DNA from: the human T2T-CHM13v2.0 reference genome, Homo sapiens
DNA length: 64,000 bases
Assembly (NCBI RefSeq): GCF_009914755.1
Contig: NC_060940.1
Direction: 5' to 3' (one strand)
A model generated the notes under the pieces. That model was not told the DNA's origin. It searched no databases and worked only from the letters and a program-made list of their open reading frames with translations. Every line of letters begins with the position of its first letter. The stretch's first letter is position 1. Of this stretch, positions 14,901-29,300 are shown piece after piece. A program made the translations under genes and the position numbers.

Positions 14901-17900
14901 TTCGATTCCATACCATGATGATTCCATTCGAGTCCATTCAATGGTGATTCCATTCAATTCCATTCGATGATTCCTTTTGATTCCATTCGATGATGATGGC
15001 ATTCGATTCCTTTCAATCATTCCCTTTGATTCCATTCAAAGGTGATTTCATTCAAGTCCATTCGATAATTGCATTCGATTCCATTCTATGATGATTCCAT
15101 TCGAGTCCATTTGATGATTCCATTCAATTCAAGTCAATGATGATTCCATTCGATTCCATTCGATGATTCCATTGGATTCCATTCGATGATGATTCCATTC
15201 AAATCCATTCGATAATTCAATTCAAGTCCATTCGATGATGATTCCAATCGAATCCATTCAAAGATTCCATTCAGTTCCATTCGATGATTCCCTTAGATTC
15301 CATTCGATGATTCCACTTGATTGCATATACGATGATTCCATTCGATTCCATGTGATGATTCCATTCAATTCTATTCAATGATGTCTCCATTTGATTCCAT
15401 TCGACCATGATTGCCTTTGATTCCATTCAATGATTCCATTCGGTTCCGTTTGATGATGATTCCGTTCGATTCCATTTGATGATTCCATTTGATTCCATTG
15501 GATGAGTCCATTCGATTACATTCGATGATTATTCCATTCGAGTGCATTAGATGATTCCATTCGAGTCCATTCGATGATTCCATTCGATTCCATTCGCTGT
15601 TGATTCTGTTCAAATCCATTCGATGATTCCACTCGATTCCATTCGATGACTCCATTTGATCCCATTCGATGATTTCCTTTGATTCCCTTTGATGATCATT
15701 CCATTTGATTCAATTCGGTGATTTCATTTGATTCCATTCAGTGATGTTTCCATTCGACTCCATTCGATGATGATTCCATTCGACTCCATTCGATTATGAT
15801 TTCATTCAATTCCATTCGATAATTATTCCCTTCGAGTCCATTCGATGATTCCATTCGATTCCATTCAACGATGATTTGATTCGTGTCCATTCGATGATTC
15901 CATTTGATTCCACTTGATGATGATTCCATTCGAGTCCATTTGATGATTCCATTCAATTCCATACTCCGATGATTTCTTTTGAGCCCACTCAATGCTTCCA
16001 CTCGATTCCATATGATGATGACTCCATTCGATGAAATTCGATGATGATTCCATTCCAGTCCATATGATCATTCCATTTGATTTCATTCGATGATGATTCC
16101 ATTCGATTCCATTCGACGATTCCATTCTATTCCATTCGATGATGATTCCATTCGAGTCCATTTGATGATTCCATTCGAGTCCATTTAATGATTCCATTGG
16201 GTTCAGTTCAATGATGATTACATTGGATTCCGTTCTATGATTCCATTCAATTCCGTTCATTGACAATTTGATTCCATTCGATGATGATTCCATTTGAGTT
16301 CATTTGATGATTCTATTCGATTTTCTTAGATCGTGATTCAATTCTATTATATTGGATGATTCCATTCGATTCCATTTGATGTTGATTCAATTCGATTCTA
16401 TTCGATGATGATTCCATTGGATTTCACTTGATGATTCTATTCGATTCCATTCAGTGATCATTCACTTTTCGTCCATTGGATGATTCCATTTCATTCCATT
16501 CGATGATGATTCCATTCGATTCCATTCGATGATTCCATTTGATTCCATGCGATGGTGAGCAATTCGATTCAATTCCATGATGATTCTATTTGATTCAATT
16601 AGATGATGTTTCCATTCGAATCCATTCCACGATTATTCCATTGGAATCCATTCGGCGATGATTCCATATGAGTCAATTCAATGATGATTCCATATGGGTC
16701 CGTTCGATGATAATTCCATTTGATTTCATTCGATGCTTCTATTCAATTCCAGTCGATGATGATTCCGTTGGAGTCCATACGATGATTCCATTTTATTTCA
16801 TTTCATGATGATTCCATTCGATGACGATTACATTGGATTCCATTCAATGATTCCATTCAATTCCATTCGTTGATGATTCGATTCCATTCAATGATGATTC
16901 CATTTGAGTTCATTCGATGATTCTACTCGATTCCATTCTATGGTGATTCAATTCTCTTATATTCGATGATTCCACTCGATTCCATTTTATGATTATTCCA
17001 TTAGAGTCCACTTAGTGAATCCTTTAGATTCTACTCGAAGATGATTCCATTCGAGTCCATTCGATGATACCATTCAATTCCATTCGTTGATGCTTCCATT
17101 CAAGTGCATTCGATGATATCATTCGATTCCATTTGATGATAATTCCATTTGATTCCATGCGATGATTCTATTCGATTCCATTCAATGATAATTCCATTCA
17201 ATTCAGTGATTCCTCTGGACTCCATTTGATGATGATTCCATTCAATGATTCCATTCGATTCTATTCCAAAATGATTCCATTTGAATCCATTTGATGATGA
17301 TTCCATTAGATTCCATTTGATGATTCCATTCGATTCCATTCGACGATGATTCCATTCGATTCCGTTTGATGATTCCATTCTATTCTATTCGATGATGATT
17401 CCATTCGATTCCATTCGATGATGATTGGATTCGATTCCATTTGATGATTTCATTTGATTCCATTCGTTAATGATTTCGATCAATTCCATTCGATGATTCC
17501 ATTCGATTCCATTCGATAATGATTACATCCGAGTCCATTCGATGACTCCATTGGAGCCTGTTCGATAATCCCATTTGAGTCCAACCAATGATTCCATTCA
17601 TTTCCATTCAATGATTCCATTCGAGTCCATTTGATCATTCCGGTAGGGTCCATTCGATGTTGATTCCATTGGAGTGCATTCGATGATTCCATTCGAGTCC
17701 ATTTTAGGATTTGATTCGAGTCCTTTTGATGATTCCATTCGATTCCACTCGATGATGATTTCATTCGAGTCCATTCGACACTTCCAATCGATTCCATTTG
17801 ATGATTCCATTCGAGTCCAATTGATGATTCCATTCAATTCCATTCGATGATGATTCCGTACGATTCCATTCTGTGATGATTCCATGTGATTGCATTCAAT

Positions 17901-20274
17901 GATGATTCCTTTCGATTGCATTCGATTATGATTCATTTCGTGTTCATTCTATGGTTCCACAGGTTTCCATTCGTGTCCATTCCATTATTCCATTCTATTC
18001 CATTTGATGATGATTCCATTCGATTCCATTCATTGGTGATTCCACTCAATTCCATTCAATGATTCCATTCCATTTCTTTCAACAATGATTCCATTAGTTT
18101 CTAATCGGTGATCCACTTGATTCCATTTGACGACGATTCCATTCTTGTCCATTCGATGATTCCATTTGATTCCACTTGATGATGATTCCATTCGAGTCCA
18201 TTTGATGATTCCATTCAATTCCATACTCCGATGATTTCTTTTGAGCCCATTCAATGATTCCACTCGATTCCATATGATGACTCCATTCGATGAAATTCGA
18301 TGATGTTTCCATTCGCTTGCTTTCGATGATGATTCCACTTGAGTCCGTTAGAAGATTCTATTCAATTACATTCCATGACGATTCCGTTTGAGTCCATTTG
18401 ATGATTCCATTAGACTCCATTCGACGATGATTCCATTCGATGTTATTCGATGATTCCATTCGATCTCATTCGATGATGATTCCATTCAACTCCATTCGAT
18501 GTTTCCATTCGAGTTCATTCTATTATTCCATTAGATTCCATTCGATGATGATTCCATTCGATTCCATTTGATGATTGCATTCTATTTCATTTGATGATGA
18601 TTCCATTCGAGTCCACTCGATGATTCCATTCGAGTCCATTTAATGAATCCATTGGTTTCAATTCTGTGATGATTACTTTGGATTCCATTCGTTGATGATT
18701 TCATTCGGTTCCATTCAATGATGATTCTATTCAATTCCTTTCAATGTTTCCATTCAATTCCATACGATGATGATTCCATTTGATTTGATTCGACAGTGAG
18801 CCATTCGATTCAATTCCATGATGATTCTATTTGATTCAATTGGTTGACATTTCCATTCGATTCCATTCGATGATGATTCCCTTTGATTCCATTCAAAGAT
18901 GATTCCATTCTAGCCCATTCAATCATTCCATTCGATTCTATTCAATGATGATTCCATTCATGTCGATTTGGTGATTCCATTTGACTTCATTTGATAATGA
19001 TTCCTTTCAAGTTCATTAGATGATTCCATTCGATTCCATTTGATGATGATCCCATTCGAGTCCATTCAGTGATTCCATTCGTTTCCATTCCATGATGATT
19101 CCATTCCATTCCATGCAATGATTCCATTCGATTCCGTTTGATGATGATTTCATTCGAGTCCATTTGATGATTCCATTTGATTCCATTCGATGATGATTCC
19201 ATTCGAGTCCATTCGATGATTCTATTCGAATCCATTTGATGATTTCTTTTGATTATATTTGGTGATGATTCCATTGGAGTCCATTCAATGATTCCATTCG
19301 ATTCCAATCGATGCTGATTCCATTAGAGTCCATTTAATGATTCCATTTGATTCCAGTCTCTGATGATTACATTCGAGTCCATACGATGATTCCACTCAAT
19401 TCCATATGATGATGATTCCATTCGATTCCATTCGATGATTCCATTCTATTCTATTCAATGGTGATTCCATTCGAGTACATTAGATGATTCCATTCGATTC
19501 CATTCAATGATGATTCTATTTGTGTCCCTTAGATGATTCCACATGATTCCATTAGATGATGACACTATTTGAGCCCATCCAATGATTCCCTTCGATTCCA
19601 TTCGATGAGGATTCCATTCGATTCAATTCATTGGTGATTCTATTCAATTCAATTCTTTGATTCCATTCCATTCCATTCGACAATGATTCCATTCGATTTC
19701 TTTCGATGATTCCACTCGATTCCACTTGACATTGATTCCATTCGATTCCATTCAACGATTCCATTTGATTCCAGTGGATGATGATTGCCATCGATTCCAT
19801 TCGATCACTCCATTCTATTCCATTTGATGATGATTACATTCGATTCCATTTGATGATTCCATCTGATTCTATTCGAGGATTCCATTTGATTCCATTCGCT
19901 GATGATTCCATTCGAGTCCATTCGATGATTTCATTCGAGTACATCCAATGATTCCATTCGAGTCCATTTGATGATTCCATTTGATTCCATTTGATTATGA
20001 TTCTACTAGAGTCCATTCAATGACTCCATTCGAGTCCATTCAACAATTCCATTCGACTCCATTCGATGATTCCATTCGATTCCATTTGTTGATTCCATTC
20101 GAGTCCATTTAATCATTACAGTCGAGTCCATTTGGTGATTCCGCTGGATTTCCTTTGATAATGATACCATTCAATTACATTTGATGATGATCCCATTCAA
20201 TTTCATTTGATGATGATTCCATTAGAGTCCATTCGATGATTTTATTCGAGTCCCTTCATTGATTCCATCCGATT
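11953..20274 (+). repeat. Higher-order unit 3 (8322 bp), rearranged by a 3241-bp jump-back and a 1028-bp deletion
   Basis: Landmark GGTTCCACAGG occurs twice (~14663, ~17953). Junctions lie at 16036-16055 and 18146-18174. ORFs 15865..16293 and 18030..18338 are chimeric. Confidence 0.9.
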
Positions 20275-23200
20275 TCATTGGATGATGACTCCATTCGAGT
20301 CCATTCGATGATTCCACTCAATTCCATTAGATGATTCCATTGGAGTCCATTTGATTGTTCCATTCGATTCCATTCGATTCCTTTCGAAGATTATTCCATT
20401 TGAGTCCATTCGATGATGATTCCATTCCATTCCATTCGATGATTCCGTTTGATTCCATTCGATGATTCCCTTCGATTCCTTTCTTTGATGATTCCATTCC
20501 ATTCCATTCAATGATTCCATTCGAATCTATTCCATGATGATTCCTTTCGATTCCATTCGCTGATGTTTCCGTTCAATTCCATTCGATGATGATTCCATTC
20601 GATTCCATTCATTGAGGATTCCATTTGATTCCATTCAATGATGATTCCATTCTATTCCATTCAAAGATTGTATTCAATTCCATTCAATGATTATCCCATT
20701 AGAGTAAACTCAACGATTCCATTCAATACCATTCGATGATGATTCCTTTTGAGTCCATTCAATGATTTCATTCAAGTCCATTTGATGATTCCTTTCAATT
20801 CCATTCTATGATGATTCCATTCGAGTCCATTCGATGAATCCATTCAATTGCATTCGATGATTCCATTATATTCCATTCAACGATGATTCCATTCGAGTCC
20901 ATTCGATGATTCCTTTAGAGTACATTCAATGATTGCTTTGTTTTCAATTTGAAGATGATTACATTCGATTCCATTCTATGATACCATTCGATTCCATTCA
21001 ATGATGACTCCACTCAAATCCATTGGATGATTCCATTCGTGTCCATTCGGTGATTTCATTAGATTCCATTCGAGGATGATTCCATTCGATTCCATTCGAT
21101 GATTCCATTCAATTCCATTCGATGATGATTCCATTCCAGTCCATATGATCATTCCATTTGATTTCATTCGATGATGATTCCTTTCGATTCCATTCGACGA
21201 TTCCATTCTATTCCATTCGACGATGATTCCATTCGAGTCCATTCGATGATTCCATTCGAGTCCATTTAATGATTCCATTGGGTTCAATTCAATGATGATT
21301 ACATTGGATTCCGTTCTATGATTCCATTCAATTCCGTTCATTGACAATTTGATTCCATTCGATGATGATTCCATTTGAGTTCATTCGATGATTCTATTCG
21401 ATTCTCTTCGATGGTGATTCAATTCTATTATATTGGATGATTCCATTCGATTCCATTTGATGTTGATTCAATTCGATTCTATTCGATGATGATTCCATTG
21501 GATTTCACTTGATGATTCTATTCGATTCCATTCAATGATGATTCACTTCTCGTCCATTGGATGATTCCATTTCATTCCATTCGATGAAGATTCCATTCGA
21601 TTCCATTCGATGATTCCATTCGATTCCATGCGACGGTGAGCAATTCGATTCAATTCCATGATGATTCTATTTGATTCAATTAGATGATGTTTCCATTCGA
21701 ATCCATTCCATGATTATTCCATTGGAATCCATTCGGCGATGATTCCATATGAGTCAATTCAATGATGATTCCATATGGGTCCGTTCGATGATAATTCCAT
21801 TTGATTTCATTCGATGCTTCTATTCAATTCCAGTCGATGATGATTCCGTTGGAGTCCATACGATGATTCCATTTGATTTCATTTCATGATGATTCCATTC
21901 GATGACGATTACATTGGATTCCATTCTATGATTCCATTCAATTCCATTCGTTGATGATTCGATTCCATTCAATGATGATTCCATTTGAGTTCATTCGATG
22001 ATTCTATTCGATTCCATTCTATGGTGATTCAATTCTCTTATATTGGATGATTCCACTCGATTCCATTTGATGATTATTCCATTGGAGTCCACTTAGTGAA
22101 TCCTTTAGATTCTACTCGAAGATGATTCCATTCGAGTCCATTCGATGATACCATTCAATTCCATTCGTTGATGCTTCCATTCAAGTGCATTCGATGATAT
22201 CATTCGATTCCATTTGAGGATAATTCCATTTGATTCCATGCGATGATTCTATTCGATTCCATTCAATGATAATTCCATTCAATTCAGTGATTCCTCTGGA
22301 CTCCATTTGATGATGATTCCATTCAATGATTCCATTCGATTCTATTCGCAAATGATTCCATTTGAATCCATTTGATGACGATTCCATTCCATTCCATTTG
22401 ATGATTCCATTCTATTCTATTCGATGATGATTCCATTCGATTCCATTCGATGATGATTGGATTCGATTCCATTTGATGATTTCATTTGATTCCATTCGTT
22501 AATGATTTCGATCAATTCCATTCGATGATTCCATTCGATTCCATTCGATAATGATTACATCCGAGTCCATTCGATGATTCCATTTGAGCCTGTTCGATAA
22601 TTGCATTTGAGTCCAACCAATGATTCCATTCATTTCCATTCAATGATTCCATTCGAGTCCATTTGATCATTCCGGTAGGGTCCATTCGATGTTGATTCCA
22701 TTGGAGTGCATTCGATGATTCCATTCGAGTCCATTTTAGGATTTGATTCGAGTCCTTTCGATGATTCCATTCGATTCCACTCGATGATGATTTCATTCGA
22801 GTCCATTCGACACTTCCAATCGATTCCATTTGATGATTCCATTCGAGTCCAATTGATGATTCCATTCAATTCCATTCGATGATGATTCCGTACGATTCCA
22901 TTCTGTGATGATTCCATGTGATTGCATTCAATGATGATTCCTTTCGATTGCATTCGATTATGATTCATTTCGTGTTCATTCTATGGTTCCACAGGTTTCC
23001 ATTCGTGTCCATTCCATTATTCCATTCTATTCCATTTGATGATGATTCCATTCGATTCCATTCATTGGTGATTCCACTCAATTCCATTCAATGATTCCAT
23101 TCCATTTCTTTCAACAATGATTCCATTAGTTTCTAATCGATGATCCACTTGATTCCATTTGACGACGATTCCATTCTTGTCCATTCGATGATTCCATTTG

Positions 23201-26200
23201 ATTCCATATGATGATGACTCCATTCGATTCCATACCATGATGATTCCATTCGAGTCCATTCAATGGTGATTCCATTCAATTCCATTCGATGATTCCTTTC
23301 GATTCCATTCGATGATGATGGCATTCGATTCCTTTCAATCATTCCCTTTGATTCCATTCAAAGGTGATTTCATTCAAGTCCATTCGATAATTGCATTCGA
23401 TTCCATTCTATGATGATTCCATTCGAGTCCATTTGATGATTCCATTCAATTCAAGTCAATGATGATTCCATTCGATTCCATTCGATGATTCCATTGGATT
23501 CCATTCGATGATGATTCCATTCAAATCCATTCGATAATTCAATTCAAGTCCATTCGATGATGATTCCAATCGAATCGATTCAAAGATTCCATTCACTTCC
23601 ATTCGATGATTCCCTTAGATTCCATTTGATGATTCCACTTGATTCCATTTACGATGATTCCATTCGATTCCATGTGATGATTCCATTGAATTCTATTCAA
23701 TGATGTCTCCATTGGATTCCAATCGACCATGACTGCCTTTGATTCCATTCAATGATTCCATTCGGTTCCGTTTGATGATGATTCCGTTCGATTCCATTTG
23801 ATGATTCCATTTGATTCCATTGGATGAGTCCATTCGATTACATTCGATGATTATTCCATTCGAGTGCGTTAGATGATTCCATTCGAGTCCATTCGATGAT
23901 TCCATTCGATTCCATTCGATGTTGATTCTGTTCAAATCCAATCGATGATTCCACTCGATTCCATTCGATGACTCCAGTTGATCCCATTCGATGATTACCT
24001 TTGATTCCCTTTGATGATCATTCCATTTGATTCAATTCGGTGATTTCATTTGATTCCATTCAGTGATGTTTCCATTCGACTCCATTCGATGATGATTCCA
24101 TTCGACTCCATTCGATTATGATTTCATTCAATTCCATTCGATAATGATTCCCTTCGAGTCCATTCGATGATTCCATTCGATTCCATTCAACGATGATTTG
24201 ATTCGTGTCCATTCGATGATTCCATTTGATTCCACTTGATGATGATTCCATTCGAGTCCATTTGATGATTCCATTCAATTCCATACTCCGATGATTTCTT
24301 TTGAGCCCACTCAATGCTTCCACTCGATTCCATATGATGATGACTCCATTCGATGAAATTCGATGATGATTCCATTCGCTTGCTTTCGATGATGATTCCA
24401 CTTGAGTCCGTTAGAAGATTCTATTCAATTACATTCCATGACGATTCCGTTCGAGTCCATTTGATGATTCCATTAGACTCCATTCGACGATGATTCCATT
24501 CGATGTTATTCGATGATTCCATTCGATCTCATTCGATGATGATTGCATTCAACTCCATTCGATGTTTCCATTCGAGTTCATTCTATTATTCCATTAGATT
24601 CCATTCGATGATGATTCCATTCGATTCCGTTTGATGATTGCATTCTATTTCATTTGATGATGATTCCATTCGAGTCCACTCGATGATTCCATTCGAGTCC
24701 ATTTAATGAATCCATTGGTTTCAATTCTATGATGATTACATTGGATTCCATTCGTTGATGATTTCATTCGGTTCCATTCAATGATGATTCCATTCAATTC
24801 CTTTCAATGTTTCCATTCAATTCCATACGATGATGTTTCCATTTGATTTGATTCGACAGTGAGCCATTCGATTCAATTCCATGATGATTCTATTTGATTC
24901 AATTGGTTGACATTTCCATTCGATTCCATTCGATGATGATTCCCTTTGATTCCATTCAAAGATGATTCCATTCTAGCCCATTCATTCATTCCATTCGATT
25001 CTATTCAATGATGATTCCATTCATGTCGATTTGGTGATTCCATTTGACTTCATTTGATGATGATTCCTTTCAAGTACATTAGATGATTCCATTCGATTCC
25101 ATTTGATGATGATCCCATTCGAGTCCATTCAGTGATTCCATTCGATTCCATTCCATGATGATTCCATTCCATTCCATTCAATGATTCCATTCGATTCCGT
25201 TTGATGATGATTTCATTCGAGTCCATTTGATGATTCCATTTGATTCCATTCGATGATGATTCCATTCGAGTCCATTCGATGATTCTATTCGAATCCATTT
25301 GATGATTTCTTTTGATTATAGTTGGTGATGATTCCATTGGAGTCCATTCAATGATTCCATTCGATTCCAATTGATGATGATTCCATTAGAGTCCATTTAA
25401 TGTTTCCATTTGATTCCAGTCTCTGATGATTACATTCGAGTCCATACGATGATTCCACTCAATTCCATATGATGATGATTCCATTTGATTCCATTCGGTG
25501 ATTCCATTCTATTCTATTCAATGGTGATTCCATTCGAGTACATTAGATGATTCCATTCGATTCCATTCAATGATGATTCTATTTGTGTCCCTTAGATGAT
25601 TCCACATGATTCCATTACATGATGATACTATTTGAGCCCATCCAATGATTCCCTTCGATTCCATTCGATGAGGATTCCATTCGATTCAATTCATTGGTGA
25701 TTCTATTCAATTCAATTCTTTGATTCCATTCCATTCCATTCGACAATGATTCCATTCGATTTCTTTCGATGATTCCACTCGATTCCACTTGACATTGATT
25801 CCCTTCGATTCCATTCAATGATTCCATTTGATTCCAGTGGATGATGATTGCCATCGATTCCATTCGATCACTCCATTCTATTCCATTTGATGATGATTAC
25901 ATTCGATTCCATTTGATGATTCCATCTGATTCTATTCGAGGATTCCATTTGATTCCATTCGATGATGATTGCATTCGAGTCCATTCAATGATTTCATTCG
26001 AGTACATCCAATGATTCCATTTGAGTCCATTAGATGATTCCATTTGATTCCATTTGAAAATGATTCTACTAGAGTCCATTCAATGACTCCATTCGAGTCC
26101 ATTCAACAATTCCATTCGATGATTCCATTCGATTCCATTTGATGGTTCCATTCGAGTCCATTTAATCATTACAGTTGAGTCCATTTGGTGATTCCACTGG

Positions 26201-26327
26201 ATTTCTTTTGATAATGATACCATTCAATTACATTTGATGATGATCCCATTCAATTTCATTTGATGATGATTCCCTTAGAGTCCATTCGATGATTTCATTC
26301 GAGTCCTTTCATTGATTCAATCCGATT
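20275..26327 (+). repeat. Higher-order unit 4 (6053 bp)
   Basis: Anchors at 20275 and 26328. Carries the short (-49 bp) allele near 22375. Confidence 0.9.
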
Positions 26328-29300
26328 TCATTTGATGATGACTCCATTCGAGTCCATTCGATGATTCCACTCGATTCCATTAGATGATTCCATTGGAGTC
26401 CATTTGATTGTTCCATTCGATTCCATTCGATTCCTTTCGAAGATTATTCCATTTGAGTCCATTCGATGATGATTCCATTCCATTCCATTCGATGATTCCG
26501 TTTGATTCCATTCGATGATTCCCTTCGATTCCTTTCTTTGATGATTCCATTCCATTCCATTCAATGATTCCATTCGAATCTATTCCATGATGATTCCTTT
26601 CGATTCCATTCGCTGATGTTTCCGTTCAATTCCATTCGATGATGATTCCATTCGATTCCATTCATTGAGGATTCCATTTGATTCCATTCAATGATGATTC
26701 CATTCTATTCCATTCAATGATTGCATTCAATTCCATTCAATGATTATCCCATTAGAGTAAACTCAACGATTCCATTCAATACCATTCGATGATGATTCCT
26801 TTTGAGTCCATTCAATGATTTCATTCAAGTCCATTTGATGATTCCTTTCAATTCCATTCTATGATGATTCCATTCGAGTCCATTCGATGATTCCATTCGA
26901 TTGCATTCGATGATTCCATTATATTCCATTCAACGATGATTCCATTCGAGTCCATTCGATGATTCCGTTAGAGTACATTTAATGATTGCTTTGTTTTCAA
27001 TTCGAAGATTATTACATTCGATTCCATTCTATGATACCATTCGATTCCATTCAATGATGACTCCACTCAAATCCATTGGATGATTCCATTCGTGTCCATT
27101 CGGTGATTTCATTAGATTCCATTCGAGGATGATTCCATTCGATTCCATTCGATGATTCCATTCAATTCCATTCGATGATGATTCCATTCCAGTCCATATG
27201 ATCATTCCATTTGATTTCATTCGATGATGATTCCATTCGATTCCATTCGACGATTCCATTCTATTCCATTCGATGATGATTCCATTCGAGTCCATTCGAT
27301 GATTCCATTCGAGTCCATTTAATGATTCCATTGGGTTCAATTCAATGATGATTACATTGGATTCCGTTCTATGATTCCATTCAATTCCGTTCATTGACAA
27401 TTTGATTCCATTCGATGATGATTCCATTTGAGTTCATTCGATGATTCTACTCGATTCTCTTCGATGGTGATTCAATTCTATTATATTGGATGATTCCATT
27501 CGATTCCATTTGATGTTGATTCAATTCGATTCTATTCGATGATGATTCCATTGGATTTCACTTGATGATTCTATTCGATTCCATTCAATGATGATTCACT
27601 TCTCGTCCATTGGATGATTCCATTTCAATCAATTCGATGATGATTCCATTCGATTCCATTCGATGATTCCATTTGATTCCATGCGACGGTGAGCAATTCG
27701 ATTCAATTCCATGATGATTCTATTTGATTCAATTAGATGATGTTTCCATTCGAATCCATTCCATGATTATTCCATTGGAATCCATTCGGCGATGATTCCA
27801 TATGAGTCAATTCAATGATGATTCCATATGGGTCCGTTCGATGATAATTCCATTTGATTTCATTCGATGCTTCTATTCAATTCCAGTCGATGATGATTCC
27901 GTTGGAGTCCATACGATGATTCCATTTGATTTCATTTCATGATGATTCCATTCGATGACGATTACATTGGATTCCATTCTATGATTCCATTCAATTCCAT
28001 TCGTTGATGATTCGATTCCATTCAATGATGATTCCATTTGAGTTCATTCGATGATTCTATTCGATTCCATTCTATGGTGATTCAATTCTCTTATATTGGA
28101 TGATTCCACTCGATTCCATTTGATGATTATTCCATTGGAGTCCACTTAGTGAATCCTTTAGATTCTACTCGAAGATGATTCCATTCGAGTCCATTCGATG
28201 ATACCATTCAATTCCATTCGTTGATGCTTCCATTCAAGTGCATTCGATGATATCATTCGATTCCATTTGATGATAATTCCATTTGATTCCATGTGATGAT
28301 TCTATTCGATTCCATTCAATGATAATTCCATTCAATTCAGTGATTCCTCTGGACTCCATTTGATGATGATTCCATTCAATGATTCCATTCCATTCTATTC
28401 GAAAATGATTCCATTTGAATCCATTTGATGACGATTCCATTCCATTCCATTTGATGATTCCATTCTATTCTATTCGATGATGATTCCATTCGATTCCATT
28501 CGATGATGATTGGATTCGATTCCATTTGATGATTTCATTTGATTCCATTCGTTAATGATTTCGATCAATTCCATTCGATGATTCCATTCGATTCCATTCG
28601 ATAATGATTACATCCGAGTCCATTCGATGATTCCATTTGAGCCTGTTCGATAATTCCATTTGAGTCCAACCAATGATTCCATTCATTTCCATTCAATGAT
28701 TCCATTCGAGTCCATTTGATCATTCCGGTAGGGTCCATTCGATGTTGATTCCATTGGAGTGCATTCGATGATTCCATTCGAGTCCATTTTAGGATTTGAT
28801 TCGAGTCCTTTCGATGATTCCATTCGATTCCACTCGATGATGATTTCATTCGAGTCCATTCGACACTTCCAATCGATTCCATTTGATGATTCCATTCGAG
28901 TCCAATTGATGATTCCATTCAATTCCATTCGATGATGATTCCGTACGATTCCATTCTGTGATGATTCCATGTGATTGCATTCAATGATGATTCCTTTCGA
29001 TTGCATTCGATTATGATTCATTTCGTGTTCATTCTATGGTTCCACAGGTTTCCATTCGTGTCCATTCCATTATTCCATTCTATTCCATTTGATGATGATT
29101 CCATTCGATTCCATTCATTGGTGATTCCACTCAATTCCATTCAATGATTCCATTCCATTTCTTTCAACAATGATTCCATTAGTTTCTAATCAATGATCCA
29201 CTTGATTCCATTTGACGACGATTCCATTCTTGTCCATTCGATGATTCCATTTGATTCCATATGATGATGATTCCATTCGATTCCATACCATGATGATTCC

